A stretch of 64,000 bases of DNA from Haliea sp. (GTDB lineage Bacteria; Pseudomonadota; Gammaproteobacteria; Pseudomonadales; Halieaceae): NCBI GenBank assembly GCA_041746975.1, contig JBGTGB010000058.1, positions 3,855 to 67,854 on the forward strand. The letters run 5' to 3'. Shown piece after piece: positions 27,163 to 35,444 of this stretch. Made by a program: the position numbers and the translations under genes. Every line of letters starts with the position of its first letter. Within the stretch, counting starts at the first letter, position 1. The notes below the pieces were generated by a model. That model had not been told where the DNA came from, ran no database searches, and was given only the letters and a program-made list of their open reading frames with translations.

Positions 27163-27942
27163 TCAACCCCACGTCCAGCCATCAGCGGACTGCCAGCCGC
27201 GAGTGAATTCGAAGGAGTAATTGAAATTGGCCGCAGCATGTTCTGACAAAGAGGCTTCGAATATTCGGCCATTCTTGCCGAAATATCGACGGCACACTTT
27301 CAGGGACGCGGAACCTGGTTCAACATTCAGAAATCCGGCGACTCGCTCACTCAGAATGCTTGCATATATTTCGACTTGTATCTTTTGCACCTCTTCACCG
27401 TAGGAATCGGCGATAAGCCGATAAACGGGGGTAGACGTTGCGCCGATTTTGTCAATAACGCCGGCATACTCAGGCAGAATGTAGACATTCACCCAACAAA
27501 TGGGTAGCGCCGTCTCTACGAATGTTCGAAGACCTGAGACGCAGCTCCAGTGACTGCTGGTAGGACACTTGAGCTCGCGGGCCAGTGCCCTGTTCAGTTT
27601 GACGTCTTCGAATCGGTCGATGACGCGTAGCCGGCTGTCCTCGGGGTAGCTGAAAAGTTCGGAGGGCTCCTTCACCAACTGGGCGTAAGACGCCTGAGTT
27701 TCGCTGGCCACAATGATTGTGCCTATTCCCTGGCGGCGCTCGATCAGTCGCACTTCTTCAAGTACCCGAAGCGCGCCGCGAATAGTGTGGCGGCTGACGC
27801 GGTAGGTCTTCATCAGATCGAGTTCGCCCGGCATGCGCGTCCCAACGGCGAATTTTCCGCTGCGGATCGCGCCTAGAAGTTCTTCGGCGATGACTTTGTA
27901 ACGGGGACTTTTCCCGACATCGCTACCGGCAACGTTCAACAT
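27163..27942 (-). CDS. GntR family regulator, HutC/UTRA subfamily
   Basis: wHTH GTRMPGELDLMKTYRVSRHTIRGAL...RRQGIGT; C-terminal UTRA-like domain. Confidence 0.9.
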   Translation of the reverse strand: MLNVAGSDVGKSPRYKVIAEELLGAIRSGKFAVGTRMPGELDLMKTYRVSRHTIRGALRVLEEVRLIERRQGIGTIIVASETQASYAQLVKEPSELFSYPEDSRLRVIDRFEDVKLNRALARELKCPTSSHWSCVSGLRTFVETALPICWVNVYILPEYAGVIDKIGATSTPVYRLIADSYGEEVQKIQVEIYASILSERVAGFLNVEPGSASLKVCRRYFGKNGRIFEASLSEHAAANFNYSFEFTRGWQSADGWTWG

Positions 27943-27973
27943 GCTTGCATCCCAACCAACTTAATTGGATACT

Positions 27974-27987
27974 ATTGTCCGTACATT
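27974..27987. promoter_or_regulatory. Operator palindrome ATTGTCCGTACATT
   Basis: 12/14 identical to the 14935 site; between the divergent gntR and maoC starts. Confidence 0.7.
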
Positions 27988-28018
27988 TGGGGCCACAATC
28001 AAGCGTGAGGAGGAAATA

Positions 28019-28543
28019 ATGGGTGTGAGACAGGACGAGCAGCTTGGGCCGAATCGCTACCGTAGGGCAAGCGGTCGCTTGTATGAAGACTTCACGGTAG
28101 GAGATGTATACGAACACCACCCCGGGCGTACGGTAACTCAGCATGATAATGCGTGGTTTACCCTGTTGACCATGAACACCCATCCCCTGCATTTTGACGA
28201 GGAGTATGCCAAGGGAACCGAATTCGGAAAACCATTGATCTGCAGCCCGCTGACCGTCGCCATTCTGGTCGGAATGAGCGTCTCCGACGTGAGTGAAAAG
28301 GCCATTGCCAACCTCGGCTGGAAAGAAATCGCGCTGGTGGCACCGGTTTTCCCCGGCGATACCCTGTATGCCGAGTCGGAGGTTCTTGGCAAGCGTGAGT
28401 CCAAGTCACGGCCGAATGCTGGCGTGGTCACCGTAAAAACGACGGGTCGCAATCAGGACGGTAAACCAGTGTGTGTGTTCGAGCGCTCCATGCTGGTGCC
28501 TAAGCGCTCTGACGTGAACGTAACGACGGGGGCCATTTCATGA
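28019..28543 (+). CDS. MaoC-family hot-dog hydratase/dehydratase (RipB/itaconyl-CoA hydratase-like)
   Basis: LYEDFTVGDVYEH, WFTLLTMNTHPLHFD, IANLGW, PVFPGDTLYAESEVL; GGAGG RBS before ATG 28019. Confidence 0.88.
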   Translation: MGVRQDEQLGPNRYRRASGRLYEDFTVGDVYEHHPGRTVTQHDNAWFTLLTMNTHPLHFDEEYAKGTEFGKPLICSPLTVAILVGMSVSDVSEKAIANLGWKEIALVAPVFPGDTLYAESEVLGKRESKSRPNAGVVTVKTTGRNQDGKPVCVFERSMLVPKRSDVNVTTGAIS

Positions 28544-29712
28544 AAAACACCGATTTTAACACCCAGGAATACGCGGAACTGGAAGCGCAGATTCTGGATA
28601 CTATCGATCGTTGGGTAGAGAAGGACGTCAGGCCCATAGCGAGGCATTTTGATCAGGCGGACGAGTACCCTGTCGAGCTGGTCGAGCAAATGAAAGAACT
28701 GGGCTTGTTTGGCGCGACTATATCACAGGAATATGGCGGCCTGGGTTTGAGTGCAACCACCTATGCACGTATCGTATCCAGAATATGTGAAGTGTGGATG
28801 GCGCCTACAGGCGTGTTCAATTCTCATTTGATCATGGCGAGTTGCGTTCAGCGTGCGGGCACCGCAGAGCAGAAAGAGCGATTCCTGCCGCGGTTCGCCA
28901 CCGGCGAGCTGAGAGGTGGAGTTGGCCTGACCGAACCTGATGCCGGGACCGATCTTCAGGGGATTAGAACCGTTGCGCGGCGGGACGGCGACGACTACGT
29001 CATCAATGGCACCAAGACCTGGATCACCAACGGCATCAAGGGCAATTGCCTGGCCGTCTTGACCAAAACCGACCCTACCGTTTCCCCTGCTCACAAAGGT
29101 ATGAGCCTGTTTTTGTGCGAAAAGGGTGACGGCTTCACAGTAGGCAAAAAGCTGAAGAAGTTGGGCTACCGGGCGATCGACAGCGCTGAGCTGATCTTCC
29201 AGGACTTTCGCGTCAGCAAGGATAACTTGATTGGTGGAGAGGAGGGTCGTGGCTTTGTGCAGGTGGCCGGCGGGCTTGAGTTGGGCAGGATTAATATCGC
29301 TGCGAGAGGTGCCGGCATGGCCGCGGGCGCAACCAAACTGTCCCTCGCCTATGCCAAGGACCGCAAGACTTTCGGCAAGGCGATCGTTGAGCATCAGGCT
29401 ATTCAGCTGAAACTTGCCGAAATGTCTACTCGTTCCGAGGCAGCCAGATTGTTGGTTGAACAAGCTGCGCGCAAGTACGATCAGGATGAACGTTGTGATC
29501 TGGAGGCGGGCCAGGCCAAGTTTTTTGCCTCCGAAGCGGCAGTGCAGAACAGCCTCGATGGCATGCGGGTATTCGGTGGCTACAGCTATTCGACCGAGTA
29601 TGAAATCGAGCGATTCTACCGGGACGCCCCGCTTCTCTGTATCGGCGAGGGTACCAACGAAATCCAGCGGATCATTATCGCCAAGCAGATGGTGGCGAGA
29701 TCAGGCGGTTAG
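28540..29712 (+). CDS. Acyl-CoA dehydrogenase
   Basis: LTEPDAGTDL, NGTKTWITNG, LELGRINIA, RKTFGKAI, GGYSYSTEY, IGEGTNEIQR. Confidence 0.95.
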   Translation: MKNTDFNTQEYAELEAQILDTIDRWVEKDVRPIARHFDQADEYPVELVEQMKELGLFGATISQEYGGLGLSATTYARIVSRICEVWMAPTGVFNSHLIMASCVQRAGTAEQKERFLPRFATGELRGGVGLTEPDAGTDLQGIRTVARRDGDDYVINGTKTWITNGIKGNCLAVLTKTDPTVSPAHKGMSLFLCEKGDGFTVGKKLKKLGYRAIDSAELIFQDFRVSKDNLIGGEEGRGFVQVAGGLELGRINIAARGAGMAAGATKLSLAYAKDRKTFGKAIVEHQAIQLKLAEMSTRSEAARLLVEQAARKYDQDERCDLEAGQAKFFASEAAVQNSLDGMRVFGGYSYSTEYEIERFYRDAPLLCIGEGTNEIQRIIIAKQMVARSGG

Positions 29713-29734
29713 GTGAGCCCCCGGTCCTGAACCT

Positions 29735-30406
29735 TTACTTCGAGAGGAAAGTGGTGAACTCATCCACCTCCAACCTGGGCGTCCGATACTGGTTCACCGG
29801 TGCGCCTGGATCCGCATAACCCAGGGACATCGCTGAGACGAACATCTGTTCCGGTGGTGCGCCGATCAGGCCCATCACCGTATCGTGATACTTGAGAAAG
29901 GCCGCCTGAGCACAGGTCTCAAGACCAAAGCCGCGCGCCGAGAGCATTATCGACTGGATAAAGATTCCGTAGTCTATCCAGCTGCCCAGCTCAAGGTCGC
30001 GGTCGATGGTGAACAACAGGGCGACGGGCGCATCGAAGAATTGGTAATTTCTTCGATGTTGGCGCGACATGGCCTGTTTATCGTCCTTTTCGATACCCAA
30101 GTGGCCATACAGTCCCCAGCCGGTGTTGCGGCGGCGGCCGATGTAGGGTTCTCGCCATGCGACCGGATAGTAGTTGTATTCCTGCTCGCCGGCATCGCCT
30201 TGATCGTGTCGGAGGCAGCAGGCATCGACAATTTGCTGGCGTTTTTCGCCGCTGGCGACCCACACCCGCCAGGGTTGAATATTGGATCCAGAGGCGGCTC
30301 GACCGGCCGTGCGGAGAATTTCTTCGATGATCTTCTGGGGAACCGGCCTGTCTTTTCTGAACGCGCGTATGGATTGGCGCCCGTTGATTGCTTCATTTAC
30401 GTCCAT
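29735..30406 (-). CDS. Nitroreductase family protein
   Basis: RQSIRAF, AASGSNIQPW, FFDAPV, MLSARGFGLETCAQ, MSLGYAD. Confidence 0.9.
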   Translation of the reverse strand: MDVNEAINGRQSIRAFRKDRPVPQKIIEEILRTAGRAASGSNIQPWRVWVASGEKRQQIVDACCLRHDQGDAGEQEYNYYPVAWREPYIGRRRNTGWGLYGHLGIEKDDKQAMSRQHRRNYQFFDAPVALLFTIDRDLELGSWIDYGIFIQSIMLSARGFGLETCAQAAFLKYHDTVMGLIGAPPEQMFVSAMSLGYADPGAPVNQYRTPRLEVDEFTTFLSK

Positions 30407-30557
30407 ATCCTGCTGCGCCCCACGCCTTGAGCTTGCATGCTGTCCCTCCATCCAAAAGCCAGCATAGCACCTAACCCCGGCGGGGTATTGCTCCCGCAGG
30501 GTGGCTCTGCGAAGTTGAGGCCTCCGTGCTGCGGCACGCAGGTAATGGAGAAGCGTG

Positions 30558-32285
30558 ATGGCGCCCCGATCTTTCCTCTTTCCCGTTTGGCATCATTGCC
30601 TGCTGGTCAGCGTTGTTTTACTTCTGGCTCCTGTCCTGGCGGCTCAACCGGCGGAGCAGCTGCTTCACAACGCCCGCATTTACACCCAGGACCCCGAGCA
30701 GCCCTGGGCGGACACCATCGCCATTGCCGGCGACACGATTGTGTATGTAGGCGATTACGCAGGTGCCAAGCCTCATCTCGCCGCTACCACCCGGCAGACC
30801 GATCTAGGCGGCAAGCTGGTGCTGCCAGGCTTTATCGACACCCACATGCATGTAGCCGGCACCATCCCCTATGTGTTTGCCGCATCTCTGGGTCCGGATA
30901 TGAGCCCGGATGAGCTGGTAGCCGCGATTGCCGAGCACGCGGCGGCGTATCCAGAGCAAAACCCGGTGATCGGCAGCGGCTTTCTCGGTGCTGTTTTCGA
31001 TGAGCAGGGGCCTACCGCGGCGGACCTGGACCGGGCTGTACCGGACCGGCCGGCGATGATTTTTGACGAGGGGTTCCATTCAGCCTGGATTAACAGCAAG
31101 GCTATGGAATTGGTCGGGCTCAGCGCCGACAGCCCCGATCCGGTGCCCGGCGTGCACTATTACAAGCGTTACCCCGATGGCACGCCAACGGGCTGGCTGA
31201 TAGAAGGTGCTGCCTTCAATTGGGTCAGCGAAAAGCTGGGTGTAACCACTGAAGCCAGCCTGGAAGCCGGTGCGGACCAGTTTTTGGGCACCATGTCTGC
31301 CATGGGGATTACCGCCGCCTTTGACGCCGGGCTGTTCGATGGTGGTGAGAAAACCCTGAACCTGTTTGAAAAGTTGGTTGCCGAGCAGCGGTTACCACTG
31401 CGCGTGGTCGGCTCCCTGTACGTCAACACACCGGCCAAGCTGGCTGCTGCGCCCGCAGACCTTGCCCGTATGCAGCAGCGTTTTCATTCCGAGTTCTTCG
31501 ACGTGCGCACGCTGAAAATTTCTCTCGACGGTACAGTGGAAGCTCAAACCGCGTTTATGCTGGAGCCCTACGTGAAACCCGCGGGCCACGAGGCACCGCC
31601 GCTGGTGCCCGCCGCTGACGCCTTGGCCGCGGTTGCCCGCGCCTCCGCCGACAATATCGATCTCCATCTCCACGCGCTGGGAGACGGCGCCGTCCGCCTT
31701 GCCCTGGATGCGGTGGAGGCGGCGCGGAAAGCTCATCCTGAGACTGACTCTCGTTTTACCGTGTGCCACTTGCAGGTCGTTAACCCCGCGGATATCGCTC
31801 GCTTTGGGGAGTTGGAGGTTATCGCACAGTCCACGCCGACCTGGTACGTGTATGACGAGATAGCGCTGGAGTTTCTCGGCGAGGAGCGTCTGCAGCAGCA
31901 CTATCCGCTGCGTTCAATCGCTGCCGGCGGCGCTCGTATTACCCTTGGCAGTGACTACCCAGCCAGCTGGATAGGCCTGGATGGCCTCAATCCATTGTTC
32001 AATATCGAGATGGCGATGACCCGACGCCCAGCCGGGGATCGGGACTTTGTGCCGCAGCCTCCGGCCAGTGAGGTCATCACCCTTGAGCAGGCCATTCGTG
32101 GCTACACCCTTGATGCCGCCTGGCAGCTGCGTTTAGAGGACCAGATCGGTTCCCTGCAGGTGGGCAAGCAGGCAGATCTGGTAGTACTCAGCGACAACCT
32201 GTTCGAGATGGATCCTTACGCCATTCACACTGCCCGCGTGCTTACCACGATCGTCGATGGCAAGACTGTGTTCAACGCGGAATAG
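30558..32285 (+). CDS. Amidohydrolase family 3 (YtcJ-like), exported
   Basis: Signal peptide; PGFIDTHMH, LKISLDG, HALGD, VCHLQ, LGSDYP, GSLQVGKQADLVVL. Confidence 0.9.
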   Translation: MAPRSFLFPVWHHCLLVSVVLLLAPVLAAQPAEQLLHNARIYTQDPEQPWADTIAIAGDTIVYVGDYAGAKPHLAATTRQTDLGGKLVLPGFIDTHMHVAGTIPYVFAASLGPDMSPDELVAAIAEHAAAYPEQNPVIGSGFLGAVFDEQGPTAADLDRAVPDRPAMIFDEGFHSAWINSKAMELVGLSADSPDPVPGVHYYKRYPDGTPTGWLIEGAAFNWVSEKLGVTTEASLEAGADQFLGTMSAMGITAAFDAGLFDGGEKTLNLFEKLVAEQRLPLRVVGSLYVNTPAKLAAAPADLARMQQRFHSEFFDVRTLKISLDGTVEAQTAFMLEPYVKPAGHEAPPLVPAADALAAVARASADNIDLHLHALGDGAVRLALDAVEAARKAHPETDSRFTVCHLQVVNPADIARFGELEVIAQSTPTWYVYDEIALEFLGEERLQQHYPLRSIAAGGARITLGSDYPASWIGLDGLNPLFNIEMAMTRRPAGDRDFVPQPPASEVITLEQAIRGYTLDAAWQLRLEDQIGSLQVGKQADLVVLSDNLFEMDPYAIHTARVLTTIVDGKTVFNAE

Positions 32286-32300
32286 GGCGCACCCGGCGAC

Positions 32301-33974
32301 TCAGGCTGTCAGCGCCGCGGACCTCGTAGCGGCGGCTACTTCCTGCGGCAGGACAAACCAGCGCAGCTGTTCATGGGCGGGTGAGAGTGTCACGCTGGAG
32401 TACGCTGCCGGGCGATCCTCCCGGCATAGTTCGTACTCCGCCAGTTCCAGCTGAGTCATCAGCGCCAGCGGCGCCTGGCCTTTCGCTACGGCTGTCGGGC
32501 GCTCCAGCCAGCTCTGGTCTGCGATAGGGTCGGGGCGCGCGCCCGCAAGGCTCTGAAAGCGCCAGACCCCGTGTAGCGTATCCACCTCGTACCAAGGCAG
32601 CAGCCGCCAACCATACTCTGCCACCAGTTCCAGCGCCCGCAGCAGGTATTCGAATTCCTCATCGTCGATGAAGTAGTTGAAGTTCAAGCGGACCCAGCCG
32701 GGCCGCAGCAGGCTGGCACCGGCGGTGATGGCAGCCTCCAGCTGCTTGCTGTAGGCCATCTCCAGCCCCAGCAGGGCGTGGGCATACGGCCCCGCGCAGG
32801 AGCAGCCACCGCGAGCCTGGATACCGAACAGGTCGTTGAGCAGGGCCACTACAAAGCCATAGTGCAGGTCGTGCTCACCGTGGCGAAAACGCAGGGAAAA
32901 GATCGGCAGGCGCGGTGCCTCGTGGCTGCCAAGAACCTCGATATTCGAGCAGGCGCGCAGCCGGGCCATGGCGCGCTCGGCCAGCGCCGATTCGCGGGCC
33001 TGTATCGTCTCGGTGCCTACGGCCTGTTGCAGGGAAAACACCAGGCCCGCACGGATGGATTCCACGATTGCGGGTGTGCCCCCTTCCTCCCGCCGCTCGA
33101 CGTCACTAGTATAGACGTGGTCCTCCGGAGTTACGTAGGTCACCGTGCCGCCGCCCACCATGGCCGGCACCCGGTTGCGCAACAGCGCACTTTTCGCCAC
33201 CAGGATGCCGGGGGTTCCGGGGCCGCCGACAAATTTATGCGGAGAAAGGAATACCGCGTCCAGCGGGTTTTCGCCATTCATGTCGATGGCCACATAGGGG
33301 CCCGCGGCGGCGTAGTCCCAGAATGCCAGCGCGCCGTGCGCCTGCAGCAGACGGGTGACGGCCGCCACATCACTTTTGATCCCGGTGACATTGGAAGCGG
33401 CGGAAAAGCTGCCGATCAGCAGGGAGCGGTGTGCGTGCCGCTGCAAAGCAGATGCAAGTGCCTCCAGGTCGATACCGCCCTTTGTGTCCAGGGGAATGAC
33501 CTCCACCTTGGCGATGCTCTCCCGCCAGGGCAGCTCGTTGGAGTGGTGCTCGTAGGGGCCAATAAAGACTACCGGTCGTTCCTCCGCGGGCAGATGGGCC
33601 GCAAGCTGGCAGCGCGCATCCAGCTCCGCCGGCAGGCGCAGATTCATGACATCGATCAGCTTGTTGATGGCGGCGGTGGCGCCGGAGCCGCAAAAAATTA
33701 CCTTGTCTTCGACGCCGCCATTGACTGCCATGCGAACCTGCCTGCGGGCCGCTTCCCGCAGGTTCGTAGTGTGGGCGCCGGTAAAGGAGGTCTCCGTGTG
33801 CGTGTTGGCATAGTAGGGCAGCACCTGCTCGCGGATGTAGTCTTCGACGAAATCGAGGCAGCGACCGGAGGCGGTGTAATCCGCATACACCAGAGGCTTG
33901 TCACCGAACGGCGTGGCGATCGGCTGGCGCTGGCCAATGACGGCTTTGCGGATGCGCTCAATCAGAGGGCTCAT
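32301..33974 (-). CDS. Class V PLP-dependent enzyme (cysteine desulfurase-like)
   Basis: YADYTASGR, YANTHT, EHHSNELPWRE, SPHKFVGGPG (PLP Lys), RGGCSCAGPY. Confidence 0.88.
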   Translation of the reverse strand: MSPLIERIRKAVIGQRQPIATPFGDKPLVYADYTASGRCLDFVEDYIREQVLPYYANTHTETSFTGAHTTNLREAARRQVRMAVNGGVEDKVIFCGSGATAAINKLIDVMNLRLPAELDARCQLAAHLPAEERPVVFIGPYEHHSNELPWRESIAKVEVIPLDTKGGIDLEALASALQRHAHRSLLIGSFSAASNVTGIKSDVAAVTRLLQAHGALAFWDYAAAGPYVAIDMNGENPLDAVFLSPHKFVGGPGTPGILVAKSALLRNRVPAMVGGGTVTYVTPEDHVYTSDVERREEGGTPAIVESIRAGLVFSLQQAVGTETIQARESALAERAMARLRACSNIEVLGSHEAPRLPIFSLRFRHGEHDLHYGFVVALLNDLFGIQARGGCSCAGPYAHALLGLEMAYSKQLEAAITAGASLLRPGWVRLNFNYFIDDEEFEYLLRALELVAEYGWRLLPWYEVDTLHGVWRFQSLAGARPDPIADQSWLERPTAVAKGQAPLALMTQLELAEYELCREDRPAAYSSVTLSPAHEQLRWFVLPQEVAAATRSAALTA

Positions 33975-34035
33975 GGCTCTGCTCCCGGGTTGCATGTCTG
34001 CTGAATTATAACGCCCATATTAGCGCGTGACAGCT

Positions 34036-34120
34036 GAAACATTGTGCCTATATGTGTTTAAATATCGACTTATAACGGAATTATGTTTCATTTTAATAGA
34101 TATCAGCGAAACAATGTTTC
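34036..34120. promoter_or_regulatory. Three phased GAAACA-N-TGTTTC-like sites (putative Lrp/AsnC operators)
   Basis: Perfect site at 34108-34120, 10/13 matches at 34036 and 34077; spacings 41 and 31 bp. Confidence 0.55.
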
Positions 34121-34142
34121 TGCAGTGGCGCTGGAGGCATAC

Positions 34143-34592
34143 ATGCTCGACCCCACCGACAAACATCTTCTGCGTCTGCTGCAGGTGGATGCCGCGCTCT
34201 CTGTGGCGGACCTCGCGGAGCGGGTGAGCATTTCCAAATCCGCCTGCTGGCGGCGCCTGCAGAAGCTGGAGCAGGGCGGAATCATCCGCCAAAGGGTGAC
34301 CCTCCTCAACGCCGCCAGCGTTGGGCTTGGCCTGACCGTGTTTATCACCATTCGCACCAACCAGCACAATGAGGCCTGGGTGCAGCGCTTTCGGGAGGTC
34401 GTACAGGGTGTGGAAGGCGTGCTCGAGGTCTACCGTCTGGGCGGGCAGCTGGACTATTTGCTAAAGGCGGTCGTAGCCGACATGCCGGATTATGATCGGC
34501 TTTACCAGCAGCTGATAGGCGCCGATCTGTTTGATGTGTCCGCTAGCTTTGTGATGGAAGAGATCAAGGCCACCACTGTGCTGCCGTTGTAG
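34143..34592 (+). CDS. Lrp/AsnC family regulator (DecR/YbaO-like)
   Basis: LDPTDKHLLRLLQ...SACWRRLQKLE; TNQHNEAW, DYLLKAVVADM, VSASFVME. Confidence 0.9.
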   Translation: MLDPTDKHLLRLLQVDAALSVADLAERVSISKSACWRRLQKLEQGGIIRQRVTLLNAASVGLGLTVFITIRTNQHNEAWVQRFREVVQGVEGVLEVYRLGGQLDYLLKAVVADMPDYDRLYQQLIGADLFDVSASFVMEEIKATTVLPL

Positions 34593-34604
34593 GCATGTGT
34601 GAAG

Positions 34605-34631
34605 GCCGGCGCGACCTTAGCTCGCGCCGGC
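34605..34631. terminator. Hairpin between the convergent lrp-like gene and sodB
   Basis: GCCGGCGCGA-N7-TCGCGCCGGC; weak U-tracts. Confidence 0.55.
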
Positions 34632-34639
34632 AGCGTAAC

Positions 34640-35221
34640 TCAGGCGAAGTTCTGGTTCACAAATTCCCAGTTCACCAGCGCCCAGAATGCCTCCAGGTAC
34701 TTGGGGCGGGCATTGCGATAATCGATGTAGTACGCGTGCTCCCAAACATCCACGGTCAACAGCGGTGTAACTGCAGTGTCGGTCAACGGCGTCTCCGCGT
34801 TGCTGGTATTCACAATGGCAACGCTGCCGTCTCCATTCTTGATCAGCCAGGTCCATCCAGAGCCAAAGTTGCCGGTAGCGGCCTCGGTGAATTCCTTTTT
34901 GAAGTCGGCAAAAGAGCCGAAAGCTTCGTCTATGGCCGCGGCCACGGCACCGGTGGCGACGCCACCGCCTTTGGGGCTCAGGCACTCCCAGTAAAAGCTG
35001 TGGTTCCACACCTGGGCCGCATTGTTGAACATGTCGTCGGAGGAGGTCTTGATAATGTCCTCCAGCGACTGGCCCTCGAATTCAGTGCCGGGCAGCATGC
35101 CGTTCAGCTTTTTCACATAGCTGTTGTGATGCTTGCCGTAGTGATAGTCGAGGGTCTCTTTGGAAATGTGCGGCGCCAGCGCGTCGCGCGGGTAAGGCAG
35201 GGCGGGAAGTTCAATAGTCAT
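34640..35221 (-). CDS. sodB: Superoxide dismutase [Fe]
   Basis: HYGKHH, FNNAAQVWNHSFYW (Fe-type), FGSGWTWL, DVWEHAYYIDYRN. Confidence 0.96.
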   Translation of the reverse strand: MTIELPALPYPRDALAPHISKETLDYHYGKHHNSYVKKLNGMLPGTEFEGQSLEDIIKTSSDDMFNNAAQVWNHSFYWECLSPKGGGVATGAVAAAIDEAFGSFADFKKEFTEAATGNFGSGWTWLIKNGDGSVAIVNTSNAETPLTDTAVTPLLTVDVWEHAYYIDYRNARPKYLEAFWALVNWEFVNQNFA

Positions 35222-35444
35222 GGTCGTCCTCCAATAATTCTAGGATGTGTGGGGAAACGTACAGACAAGTGTTGCAGCGTCACCGGTCCGCTGTCGCGGT
35301 GGCCGATGCTTTTATTGGTAGGGGTCCTGCGCAGACGAACAGTATAACGCATTGTGCGTGGTCACAGTAATCGTCTAAGGTTACCGTTACGGATTGAAAC
35401 AAGGGCGCGCCATGGCGGCGCCGCCTTAGCGAGGTAAATCTCTC

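Larger units (their letters stand above)
13700..29712. other. Lower-GC catabolic island (no mobility genes seen)
   Basis: Hand GC counts of sampled 60-nt lines: 30/60 (13981), 32/60 (21661), 28/60 (29401) versus 43/60 (5041), 41/60 (31621), 42/60 (32701); shared operator motif inside; boundaries approximate. Confidence 0.65.

Noticed and set aside
13657-30460. att-like direct repeats at the island ends (GAGCACTAAGCATGCT near 13665 versus GAGCTTGCATGCT near 30429)
   Set aside because: Short and gapped, with no integrase or tRNA nearby; compatible with chance
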